Shown here piece after piece: positions 1-13,079 of a stretch of DNA of 64,000 nt. A program made the position numbers and the translations under genes. The number at the start of each line of letters is the position of its first letter. Position 1 is the stretch's first letter. This DNA is from Mizuhopecten yessoensis (lineage: Eukaryota): positions 656,890 to 720,889 of the forward strand of contig NW_018408906.1 of the NCBI RefSeq assembly GCF_002113885.1, given 5' to 3'. Below the pieces are notes generated by a model. The model searched no databases, was not told the origin of the DNA, and saw nothing but the letters and a program-made list of their open reading frames with translations.

Positions 1-807
1 TATACGTGTTGCCCAGAGCAACGAGAATAGAGAAAATGCAAAGTTCACATCAAGTGTAAGATGATCTGGTGAGATAACGTTTTAGTCTCGAGGTCATACA
101 TACTTAGACGAGACTCACGTGATCAGGGTCACAAGAACGATTGTATAGTACGCCACAATTTACGACAAGATTATATAAGTAACAGATTAGGTGACAATTT
201 ACTACAGACATTTTATAGTCAATTGTTGGTAGGTAAAGTTGCATCAACTTAATAAAACTATCATGTTTACTTTACGTCGATAGCGATTTAAAAATAAATG
301 TGTTTGGTATAACGATGACAGCAATCAGACAAAAAGAACAACAAACTCATTGAAATAATTTGAAATTTAATATATTCCTTTTTTTTTAAATTCCCTTTTC
401 GATTACAAAAACCTGATGAAGCTCAATGCAAACATTGACTTTATAATTAATGCAAAATGCAAATGAGGTATCTTGATGAATTTAATAGCAGGTGGATTAT
501 ATGTAGGGTTGGTTCTATTAGACTAGAGAAAAAACTAGGTGTCAAGAATGATGCACTTTAAAAGAAGATCATGACGAATGGAAAAAGTCAAGTAGGTTGA
601 GCGTTAATACATTTTGAGTGAAATTTTAGTGTGTCGTTTAAAGACAAATTTACTGAGTTACTTAAAATAGTTTTGGGTTTTATTTCAGACGATATGAAAG
701 AAGTGTTTTTAAGTAGCAACGTTTTACCTTGATCGATGTTGATGGTGTGGAAGTGACACTCATTTCTACGATACAAAATACGCCATGACGTCAACACACA
801 AGGTCTA

Positions 808-1596
808 AAACGACAACGAGGAACTATGGAAACACAAAAATAAAAGGCAAGACAGCAACAAGAACTGAAGACACACCAAACCCGAAGGAAAGACAACCAT
901 TAGCCCTGAGGAGACACAAAAATAAAAAGAAAGACAACAACAGGAACTGAGGAGAAACCAAATCAAAAGGAAAGATATCAACAGGAACTGGTGAAACACA
1001 AAACCAAAACGAAAGACAGCAACAGGAACCGAGGAGACACCAAAACCAGAGGAAAGACAACAGCAGGAACCGAGGAGACACCAAAACAAACGGACAGACA
1101 ACAACGGGAACCGAGGGGACACCAAAACAAAAGGACAGACAACAACGGGAACCGAGTGGACACCAAAACAAACGGACAGACAACAACGGGAACCGAGGAG
1201 ACACCAAAACAAAAGGAAAGGCCACAGCAGGAACTGAGGAGACACCAAAACAAAAGGAATGATGGCAACAAACAGGAACCTAGGAGACACTAAAACAAAA
1301 GTAAAGACAACATCAGTGACTAAGGAGACACAAAAATAGAAAGGAGGATAGCAACAGGAACAGATGAAACACCAGATAAAAGGAGCACCAGGAATTGAAG
1401 CGACACCAAAACAAAAGGACAAACAGCAACAGGAATTGAAGCGACACCAAAACAAAAGTACAAACAGCAACAGGAATTGAAGCAACCTCAAAACAAAAGG
1501 ACAAACAGCAACAGGAATTGAAGCGACACCAAATCAAAATGACAAACAGCAACAGGAATTGAAGCGACACCAAAACAAAAAGAAATACAACAACAG
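808..1596. repeat. 41-bp minisatellite, ~19 diverged copies, strongly strand-asymmetric (A/C/G-rich, T-poor on +)
   Basis: Unit ~CAGGAATTGAAGCGACACCAAAACAAAAGGACAAACAGCAA; AGGAATTGAA recurs at 1431, 1472, 1513, 1554; CAGGAAC at 1023, 1064. Confidence 0.9.
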
Positions 1597-1974
1597 TCTC
1601 ACAAAATGCAGTCAGTTGATGAGCTAACTACTGACGTCAGTTGTACGCCTATCCAGCACGTAGACTTTTAGTGTTCATTTGATAAGAATTAATTACACAT
1701 CGAATTAGAGGAGGGGTGCACAAAAATAGATACAATAGTGACACCTCAGCTTAATTATTTATGCAAATGACTTTAAACTGTATGAGTAGTAACCACAAAC
1801 GTAGATCTCTCAGCTACAACATGTAATGTAGCCTTTAGTCTTAATTCGAGTTGACAATCTTGACATGTCTATTTCTAGTGCATCGCTTTACTGACTTTGT
1901 CGATCAACCGCTCTCAAACCTTCTACCACTTTATCTAAATTCACCTCTATACATGATGACCATGTATATATGTA

Positions 1975-2292
1975 TAATGATACATCGATATAATGTCCCC
2001 GTTTATCACTATACAGCAAGACTTAAATAAAATCTTCCGATTGATCTATATACAATAAATCTTGGACGTAACGCACATCAGTTATAACTTTACAGTATAA
2101 CATCGATATAATGCCCGTTGTTAATTAATATACAGTAATATTTCGATATTATGACCCTTTTTTTCTTTATAATATACCAGGATATATACATCTTGTTTCC
2201 TCTGTTTCGTCACTAACATACAGTGTAGTATAAAGTCTCTTTTTCAATCTAGGCGTCGTTTCCTTTATACACTTTCCTTGATATAATGCCAA
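1975..2292. repeat. Degenerate short tandem/dispersed repeat (CATCGATATAATG-CCC core)
   Basis: Core seen at ~1983, 2101, 2143, 2279 with TATACAG spacers. Confidence 0.45.
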
Positions 2293-3202
2293 CATTGACG
2301 AGACAGGTGATGACAGTATAACGAGGTGTAGTTCACAATAAGTATCAAAATTATTATAAATAGCGGGAAATATCGTGTACTATGCACGTGGGAAGTATAA
2401 AACTCAAAATATTAATTGAATTTAAGCAATTCAGCTTATCAGTTTTACGTATTATCTCTGTACATGTATACAGTGGCAGACAGTGCAATAATGAGACAGA
2501 GAAAATACAGAATATATTTACATAAATATTATCAACATATCATTATAACAGAAAGTCACCATTAACAGAAACCTTTTAAAATATTGAATTTTTCTTTCCT
2601 TAAGTTGACATTCTATAGTTATTTAAAACGTAAATGTATCTCGTTATAATGCCAATATTTATAAAGCGAATTATAGGCGTCAAACAGACTTTGGCAACGA
2701 AAAGAAATTCTGAAGAAAAAAAAAGAAAGAGAGACTTGAGATGTATTGGCGGGAAAGCACTGTTGTTATGAACCGAGTGTCTTTATATCGAGGTATTTTT
2801 AGTGTATAACAAATTAAAGTCGTTAAAATATAAGTATTTAAACATACATGTCATGAAAGGTGCAAAATCTACACATTCCATCTTGTCGTTCAATATTTGT
2901 AACACTTTCGTAATCACAAAAAAAAAATTGACGAAAATGTAATTATTTACAGTATGTTAATGCTGTCGTTAGTCTACAGTATGTTGGTATATGTGCCCTG
3001 GTAACCACTGAGTTTAGCAAATGAAGTAAAGGTTTCCAATAGGAGAATCTTCAATATCAGCGGAAGAAAAAATACGGTCTTCATCATGGAGAGATGTTAA
3101 GCTATAGTGTGGGATTCCGTTTTTTTTTTTTTTTTTTTATAAAACACGTACTTACTGTGTTTTTGATTGTCGGTGAGCTACAATATTGATTGTATTTGAT
3201 GG

Positions 3203-6200
3203 GAGAAATCATGATGGGTGCCTCATGTGGTGACACGAGATATCATGATGGATGCCTCATGTGGTGACACGAGATATCATGACGGGTGCCTCATGTGGTG
3301 ACACGAGAAATCATGACGGATGCCTTATGTGGTGACACCAGATATCATGACAAGTGCCACATGTAATGACACGAGATATCATGATGGATGCCTCATGTGG
3401 TGACACGAGATATCATGATGGATGCCTCATGTGGTGACACGAGTGTCATTACGAGTGCCACATGTGATGACACAAGTGTCATGACGAGTGCCACATGTGC
3501 TGACACGAGATATCATGACGAGTGCCACATGTAATGACACAAGTGTCATGACGAGTGCCACAAGTAATGACACGAGATATCATGATGGATGCCTCATGTG
3601 GTGACACGAGAAATCATGACGGATGCCTTATGTGGTGACACCAGATATCATGACGAGTGCCACATGTAATGACACAAGTGTCATGACGAGTGCCACATGT
3701 GGTGGAGATAGATATCATGACGAGTGCCACATGTTATGACACGAGTGTCATGACAAGTGCCACATGACACCAGATATCATGACGAGTACCACATGTGATG
3801 ACACGAATTATTATGACGAGTGCCACATGTGGTGACACCAGATATCATGACGAGTGCCACATGTAATGACACGAGATATCAGGACGAGTGCCACATGTAA
3901 TGACACGAGATATCATGACGAGTACAACATGTGATGACACGAGACATCATGACGAGTGCCACATGTGGTGACACCAGATATAATGACGAGTGCCACATGT
4001 GATGACACGAGATATCATGACGAGTGCCTCATGTGATGACACCAGATATCATGACGAGTACAACATGTTATGACACCAGATATCATGACGAGTGCCACAT
4101 GTAATGACACGAGTGTCATGACGAGTGCCACCTGTGATGACACGAGATATCATGACGAGTGCCACATGTGGTGACACCAGATATCATGACGAGTACAACA
4201 TGTGATGACACGAGTGTCATGAGGAGTGCCACATGTGGTGACACGAGATATCATGACGAGTGCCACATGTGGTGACACCAGATATCATGACGAGTACCAC
4301 ATGTAATGACACGAGTGTCATGACGAGTGCCACATGTGGTCAACACCAGATATCATGACGAGTGCCACATGTAATGACACGAGATATCATGACGAGTGCC
4401 ACATGTAATGACATGAGATATCATGACGAGTGCCACATGTGGTGACACCAGATATCATGACGAGTGCCACATGTGGTGACACCAGATATCATGACGAGTG
4501 CCACATGTGATGACACGAGTGTCATGACGAGTGCCACATGTGGTGACACCAGATATCATGACGAGAGCCACATGTAATGACAAGAAATATCATGACGAGT
4601 GCCACATGTGGTGACACGAGATATCATGACGAGTGCCACATGTAATGACACGAGATATCATGACGAGTGCCACATGTGGTGACACCAGATATCATGACGA
4701 GTGCCACATGTAATGACACGAGTGTCATGACGAGTGCCACATGTGGTCAACACCAGATATCATGACGAGTGCCACATGTAATGACACGAGATATCATGAC
4801 GAGTGCCACATGTAATGACATGAGATATCATGACGAGTGCCACATGTGGTGACACCAGATATCATGACGAGTGCCACATGTGGTGACACCAGATATCATG
4901 ACGAGTGCCACATGTGATGACACGAGTGTCATGACGAGTGCCACATGTGGTGACACCAGATATCATGACGAGAGCCACATGTAATGACAAGAAATATCAT
5001 GACGAGTGCCACATGTGGTGACACGAGATATCATGACGAGTGCCACATGTAATGACACGAGATATCATGACGAGTGCCACATGTGATGACACGAGATATC
5101 ATGACGAGTACCACATGTGATGACACGATATATCATGACGAGTGCCACCTGTGATGACACGAGATATCAGGACGAGTGCCACATGTAATGACACCAGATA
5201 TCATGACGAGTGCCACATGAGATGACACGAGATATCATGACAGGTGCCTCATGTGGTGTTACCAGATAGCATGACGGATGCCTCATGTGGTGACACGAGA
5301 TATCATGGCGGGTGCATCATGTGGTGACACGAGATATCATTACGGGTGCCTTATGTGGTGTTACCAGATAACATGACGGATGACACATGTGATGACACGA
5401 AATATCATGACGGGTGCCACATGTGGTGACACGAGATATCATGACGGGTGCCTCATGTGGTGACACGAGACATCATGATTGATGCCTCATGTGGTGACAC
5501 GAGATATCATGACGGGTGCATCATGTGGTGACACCAGATATCATGACGGGTGCATCATGTGGTGACACGAGATATCATGACGGATGCCTCATGTGGTGAC
5601 ACGAGATATCATGACGGATGCCTAATGTGGTGACACAAGATATCACGACGGGTGCATCATGTGGTGACACGAGATATCATGATGGATGCCTCATGTGGTG
5701 ACACGAGATATCATGCCGGTGCCACATATGGTGACACCAGATATCATGACGGGTGCCCCATGTGGTGAAACGAGATATCAGGACGGGTGCCTCCTGTGGT
5801 GACACAAGATATCATGACGGGTGCCACATATGGTGACACCAGATATCATAACGGGTGCCTCATGTGGTGACACGAAATATCATAATGGATGCCTCATGTG
5901 GTGACACGTGATATCATGACGGTTGCATCATGTGGTGACACCAGATATCATGACGAGTGCCTCATGTGGTGACACGAGATATCATGATAGATGCCTCATG
6001 TGGTGACACGAGATATCATGACGGGTGCATCACGTGGTGACACGAGATATCATGACGGGTGCATCATGTGGTGACACCAGATATCATAACAGTGCCTCAT
6101 GTGGTGACACCAGATATCATGATGGATGCCTCATGTAGTGAAACGAGATATCATGACGGGTGCATCATGTGGTGACACGAGATATCATGACGGGTGCCTC

Positions 6201-8880
6201 ATGTGGTGACACGAGATATCATGACGGATGTCTCATGTGGTAACACGAGATATCATGACGGATGCATCATGTGGTGACACCAGATTTCATAACGGGTGCC
6301 TCATGTGGTGACACGAAATATCATAATGGATGCCTCATGTTGTGACACGAGATATCATGACGGATGCCTCATGTTGTGACACCAGATATCATGACAAGTG
6401 CCACATGTGGTGAAACCAGATATCATGATGGATGCCCCATGTGGTGACACGAGATATCATGACGGGTGCATCATGTGGTGACACGAGATATCAGGACGGG
6501 TGCCTCCTGTGGTGACAAAAGATATCATGACGGGTGCCACATATGTTGACACCAGATATCATGACGGGTGCCACATGTGGTGACACCAGATATCATGACG
6601 GATGCCTCTTGTGGTGACACGAGATATCATGACGGATGCATCATGTGGTGACACCAGGTATCATAACGGTGCCTCATGTGGTGACACCAGATATCATGAT
6701 GGATGCCTCATGTGGTGACACGAGATATCATGACGGGTGCATCATGTGGCGACACGAGATATCATGACGGGTGCATCATGTGGTGACACCAGATATCATG
6801 ACAGATGCCTCATGTGGTGACACGAGATATCATGCCGGATGCATCATGTGGTGACACCAGATATCATAACGGGTGCCTCATGTGGTATGACGAGTGCCAC
6901 ATGTGGTGACACCAGATATCATGACGGGTGCCTCATGTGGGGACACGAGATATCATGACGGATGCCTCATTTGGTGACTCGAGATATCATGACGGGTGCA
7001 TCATGTGGTGACACCAGATATCATGACGGGTACATCATGTGGTGACACCAGATATCATGACGGATGCATCATGTGGTGACACCAGATATCATAACGGGTG
7101 CCTCATGGGGTGACACGAAATATCATAATGGATGCCTAATGTTGTGACACGAGATATCATGACGGGTGCATCATGTGGTGACACCAGATATCATGACGGA
7201 TGCATCATGTGGTGACACCAGATATCATAACGGTGCCTCATGTGGTGACACCAGATATCATGATGGATGCCTAATGTGGTGACACGAGATATCATGACGG
7301 GTGCATCATGTGGTGACATGAGATATCATGACGGGTACATCATGTGGTGACACCAGATATCATGACGGATGGCTCATGTGGTGACACCAGATATCATGAC
7401 GGATGCCTCATGTGGTGACACGAGATATCATGACGGGTGCATCATGTGGTGACACCAGATATCATGACGGGTACATCATGTGGTGACACCAGATATCATG
7501 ACGGATGGCTCATGTGGTGACACCAGATATCATGACGGATGCATCATGTGGTGACACCAGATATCATAACGGGGGCCTCATGTGGTGACACGAAATATCA
7601 TGACGGCTGCCTCATGTGGTGACACGAGATATAATGACAAGTGCCACATCTGGTGACACCAGATATCATTACGGGTGCCTCATGCGGTGACACGAAATAT
7701 CATAATGGATGCCTAATGTTGTGACACGAGATATCATGACGGATGCCTCATGTGGTGACACCAGATATCATGACAAGTGCCACATGTGGTGACACCAGAT
7801 ATCATGACGGATGCATCATGTGGTGACACGAGATATCATGCCGGTGCCACATATGGTGACACCAGATATCATGACGGGAGCCACATGTGGTGACACGAGA
7901 TATCAAGATATCATGACGAGTGCCTCATGTGGTGACACGAGATATCATGATGGCTGCCTCATGTGGTGACATGAGATATCATGACGGGGGCATCATGTGG
8001 TGACACGAGATATCATGGCGGGTGCATCATGTAGTGACACGAGATATCATGACGGGTGCCACATGTGGTGACACGAGATATCATGAGGGATGCCTCATGT
8101 GGTGACACCAGATATCATGACAAGTGCCACATGTGGTGACACCAGATATCATGATGGATGCATCATGTGGTGACACGAAATATCATGACGGCTGCCTCAT
8201 GTGGTGACACGAGATATCATGACGGATGCCTCATGTGGTGACACCAGATATCATAACAAGTGCCACATGTGGTGATACCAGATATCATGACGGATGCATC
8301 ATGTGGTGACACGAGATATCATGACAAGTGCCTCATCTGGTGACACCAGATATCATGACGGATGCCTCATGTTGTGACACAAGATATCATGACAAGTGCC
8401 ACATGTGGTGACACGAGATATCATGATGGATGCCTCATGTGGTGACACGAGGTATCATGACGGATGCCTCATGTGGTGACACGATATTCCATGACGGGTG
8501 CCTCATGTAGTGACACGAGATATCATGACGGGTGCATCATGTGGTGACACGAGATATCATGACGGGTGCCTCCTGTGGTGACACGAGATACCATGATGGA
8601 TGCCTCATGTGGTGACACGAGATATCATGACGGATGCCATGTGATGACACGAGATATCATGACGGGTGCCTCCTGTGGTGACACAAGATATAATGACGGG
8701 TGCCTCATGTGGTGACACGAGATATCATGACGGATGCCTAATGTGGTGACACCAGATATCATGACGGGTGCATCATGTGGTGACACAAGATATAATAACG
8801 GGTGCCTCCTGTGGTGACACCAGATAGCATGACGGATGCCTCATGTGGTGACACGAGATTTATTGACGGTTGCCTCATGT
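3203..8880. repeat. 34-bp satellite array, ~5.7 kb, ~165 copies
   Basis: Unit GAGATATCATGACGGGTGCCTCATGTGGTGACAC (TATCAT at 3241, 3275, ...); 32-bp GAGTGTCATG variants; no unique spacers. Confidence 0.97.
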
Positions 8881-10820
8881 CCTGCTGGAAATACGGTTCC
8901 GGGTATTTTGTTCGGTTTTATTATATATTTCCTTTTGTGTGACGTCTATTCTCATCTATGATTGTCGTTATTGTGTGTTTATTTTGTCCATATGGTTTGA
9001 CAATTAGGTATATATGTATCTTTTTTTTTTTTACCTAGCACACCGTTGAATTAACGCCAAAATAGATATCTCTGAAATAGTAAGAGGTTGTTGTTTAGTT
9101 TCATTAAGACTTTTAATGAAAATTATACAAATAGCTTTTATAATGTGCAGCAAAACATCCGAGTACCACGCCCCTCTTATCTGTCATTGCATCAGAGTAA
9201 AACATCGTTATAATGTCACGTCCTCCGTATTACGTTTTACATGTCTGTGTGGTGCGTAGCGGTGTGAATGGTGACAACCATTACGATCGCATCGTAACGT
9301 TTAATTGCATCAAATGGAGAAAAAAAAATGACAAGTGGGAGAAATTATTATTTTGGTTATCATATACAACGGTAAGTAAGAAACATTTATATGTTTTGGT
9401 CTAAGGCAAGCGTATAAAACCATTAAATGAGCTTCTCGTAAAAAATGAAATGAATGCAAGCAAAAGCTGAGCCCAATTTTTCTAAAGCCTGGTTAGCTCA
9501 TGGCGGACTGAACGTGGAAGTTAACCTATACAAGTAATCTATTTGGTCTCCTTCCAAAAAATATTGAAGTTCATGAATAAAATTGAACATGAATGATTCA
9601 AAATGATTGTTTAAATGGAAAAACACAAAAATAATTGTAAATTTCTACTATTTCACAAAAAAATCGATTTAAAGCAAATTGCGTAAACGACACGTTAAGC
9701 TAACAAGCATTTGAACAACTGATCTCCGGTCATCAAAAAGTAAATATTAGTCTTAAAGAAAGATAAAAATCATTAAATGTATTTTAGACATTAGCACCAT
9801 TAAAAAGGGAAACTTATTTATATAATGTATACCTATATACCTCATAGACACAGGTGTCAACATCAAAGACATCTCGCCGATAGGTTTTTACCTTTTTGAT
9901 ATTTAATTAAGATTTTAATATGATACAATATTTCAACAGATGTAACATTTATTTCGAAGATGTATGGAAAACATCTGAAAAGAAAATGAAAAGAATGTAT
10001 ACACATCCCCTAAACGGGATTGATTCAATCAAGTATAGTTATTCTGTATTTAATTTATCAACTATCTTTTTCATCTGAAATATGAAATATGAAAATTATG
10101 ATATTAAAAGTGCGTCTGTCCGTGAAATGTCGTGTAATATATTCCTGTTAGTTCAATTACTGATATCGAGTTGTTTAGGACGTCTTTTGATGTGAATATT
10201 ACAGAAATGTATTAAGCGCCATCAATGTACCTTTGATGTCTCAATTTTCTTTCTCAAATTGTCAATATCATATAGAATATGATTTCATCTCGTTCCGCCT
10301 CAGTGATCACTTCATTCGGCGAAAATTTCAGGTGTCAATCAAAAGAGAATACATAAACACAAATTTAAGTTGAAACTTCCTGTAAAATGCCGCCTACGGA
10401 AAGTGCACTTTTAATTTTTATCTAATAAATTATGCATTAGAAATATTCAAATATTTTCATTTGGAAATCTTAGAAGAAGCGGCAGTGCGTTTGTATCGTA
10501 GACGATTTTGTAAGATTCTCAAGCGCCTAATTGACGTAGTGACCTATCGTGCGTGTAGATCACAGTATCATGTTTAGTAAAGTAAGACAGAAACTGTATG
10601 TGAAACAGTTTCACTAAATCTATAAATGGGAAAATACAGTGTAGTGTGTATAATAAAATGCATGCATTACAATGAATACGTTACAATGCCATATACATAT
10701 AGTACATAGTAGAGTACTTACAGTTCGTAGAATATATTACAATACACATATAAAATAAAAATGCAATATAAAAACATATCAATACTGCACATATATTAGA
10801 CACAGAATTTCAATCCATCA

Positions 10821-11029
10821 AAAAAAAATTATATTAACTTTTATGAATCACTTTTGTTGCTCCGGATTAATGTGTACTGGGATCTTCATGTGGGAGGAAA
10901 CCGGAGTACCCGGATAAAATCCACGTGACCAGGCAGGTGACTCCAAACCATTCTCGTCCGATCGGAGATTCGAACCCCGGCCGTCTTGGTGAAAGGCGAG
11001 TAAGTCATCCACTGCGCTACCGACCACCC
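10821..11029 (-). mobile_element. tRNA-derived SINE with V-SINE-type central domain
   Basis: Minus strand reads GGTAGCGCAGTGG (A box) ... GGTTCGAATCTC (B box) ... TCCGGGTACTCCGGTTTCCTCCCACA (V-domain signature), then an AT-rich tail. Confidence 0.85.
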
Positions 11030-11771
11030 TTACTTGTTTGTGTTAGTATGTGTCGTCTGCTGACGGGAGATTGAAGCATCCACAATCTTTTCTGTGATTG
11101 CAAGACTTTAAATATCAACCATCTAATTTTCTTTCTTTCTTACGTCTAGTATCTCCTAGCAAACTGAACAAACGTATATCGAAACTCATCGCATACATTT
11201 TAAAGAGCAACTGAATGACCGCATTCTAATTCACTAGAACTTTCTTTTCATATCGGATATTTTGAAAGGAGAAAACTTTTTCTAATTATGCGCTTTTTAT
11301 GGAAAGTACGGAATTATACAATGAGCACTTTCTAGATATTCATTTCAATTCGTTTCCATAGAAACAACAACAACAAATTTGAATTAGCATTGACAAATTA
11401 AATTGTTAATTAAACGAGGTATAAATATTGACAGGATTAGTATTTGATTGATTTACTGAATGAAATACTCCCCAAAGAAGATAAGATAATAACAGCTAGA
11501 GAGAGCAGAAACAACTGGTTTTGCGGTCACATTTCAGGGCAGCATGCCAGACTGCCGGTCATATTCAAGTAATAGAAATTGGTTTCCGAGCTTTCGTTCG
11601 TTCGTTAATTATAAAACAAAGCTCGTTTCGTCAAAAGTCGACAAGTTATTGGTCATAAGAATGAATTGACAAGAATAAACAGGCAATTACATTATTTTAA
11701 ATGATTTTCTCATTTCGTCAATTGTCGTGTTTGGTCTTAGTGAACACATAATAAAATTTTGTTTACGTTTA

Positions 11772-11975
11772 TTCCGGGCTGTTCGGCCGGTCTACCGACA
11801 ACAAACCTGATCCCGGCCTGATCCTTGGAGATCCCTGGCGATTTTCGTTGATCCCGTAATTATAAAGAATCGCCGCGACCGATCCGCACAAGGGGAGGGG
11901 GTATCGTCGGGATCTCAGAGACCGGGAAAAGGGTATCGCCAGGATCTCAAAGCCGGAACGGCCGGAGCAATTAAC
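11772..11975. mobile_element. GC-rich foldback (imperfect palindromic) element, MITE-like
   Basis: GAGATCCCTGGCGAT (~11828) pairs with ATCGCCAGGATCTC (~11935); GATCCCG / CGGGATC; outer CCGG-rich arms. Confidence 0.5.
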
Positions 11976-12559
11976 GGATTTCAGGAGACATCTGCCCATT
12001 CGCAGACGACATGCCCGAGTTCAATGTATAATAGTCTGAACCAAATACCAGAAAGTCAGGAACAATGACGAGTTTCAATAGATGACTTCTGATTGAATAA
12101 ATTCTGGAAGTGTCATTATCCGTTGATTAGAAATAGGAATTTATATTGTTGCGTTTAAGATATGATAAACAGAAAGATTTAGCATTCCAATGAATATTTT
12201 ATGCAAATGATGACGTAACCTTTCTAAAATATCTGCATTTGCTCACAAAGAGATGGACACACAATATACTGTGTACAAATGAAATACGTTTATTTAATAT
12301 CAAGACAATTTCTTTTGAAAATTTTAATACATGAGCTTGCATAATCGAAAACCCTGGCATCAGCATAGGAGTTGCCATGTTAAAACGTTCTCACAAGTAT
12401 TGCCATTATAAACATACATATAAAAAAAGGTATATAACCTTCGGGTATTTCTACGAGAATGGTGATATTTTGCATGGAGGTCGCCTAAGGGTCCGTAAAG
12501 CAATCTTCACCTGTTTAGGACTAAAACTATTTAATCAGTTAAATAGATGATCAATAAGG

Positions 12560-12732
12560 GTTCCCCAACGAGTGATGGTTGGTTATCTTGTTTATCTAAC
12601 TCGAGTTTGTTAATTTATAAATTGTATAAAGACATGAGGTTTACCGAGTGTCTTTTACAGTTTTAAAATCAAACATGTAACTAATGAGAGATAGATAAAC
12701 ATAATAACCAATCATAACGAGTATGGGGACCT
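12560..12732. mobile_element. Palindromic non-autonomous DNA element
   Basis: GGTTGGTTATCTTGTTTATCTA ... TAGATAAACATAATAACCAATC arms; central AAAGACA-TGAGGTTTACCGAG-TGTCTTT hairpin. Confidence 0.6.
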
Positions 12733-13052
12733 GTTTCTTCCATAACGTTCATATTGCGTCTACCAAAACCACATGTTTTCGTTGGAAAATACATTTTCTG
12801 CAACATTTTTTGTTTTGGTACTGAATTTTGAATAATATACCCATGAAGGAAGAGAATGCGAAATTGATTACAATTACTTTCTATATTACCGATGTTAAAG
12901 CAAAAAATTGAATTTATTTATTAAAGGGCACACTATTGAAAATAGTTTATACAGTAGCAGATATAGCATTTTCAAACTCCAGGGGTCCCGCTATCGAAAC
13001 ATTATCTCCTACACACTCCTGGAATATTCGAGATAAGCAAAGATTTTGGCAG

Positions 13053-13079
13053 GTGTGTGTGTGTGTGTGTGTGTGTGTG
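13053..13079. repeat. (GT)13 microsatellite
   Basis: Direct observation. Confidence 0.95.

Noticed and set aside
413-440. Hammerhead ribozyme core CTGATGA
   Set aside because: No stem II followed by GAAA; other CTGANGA hits I checked also fail
588-1573. Overlapping Cys/Phe/Leu-rich ORFs up to 228 aa
   Set aside because: Translations of the 41-bp minisatellite; period not divisible by 3; open only because of strand-biased composition
3203-8880. CRISPR-like array (34-bp, partly palindromic repeats)
   Set aside because: Units are head-to-tail with no unique spacers, there are no cas genes, and the context is an intron-containing eukaryote
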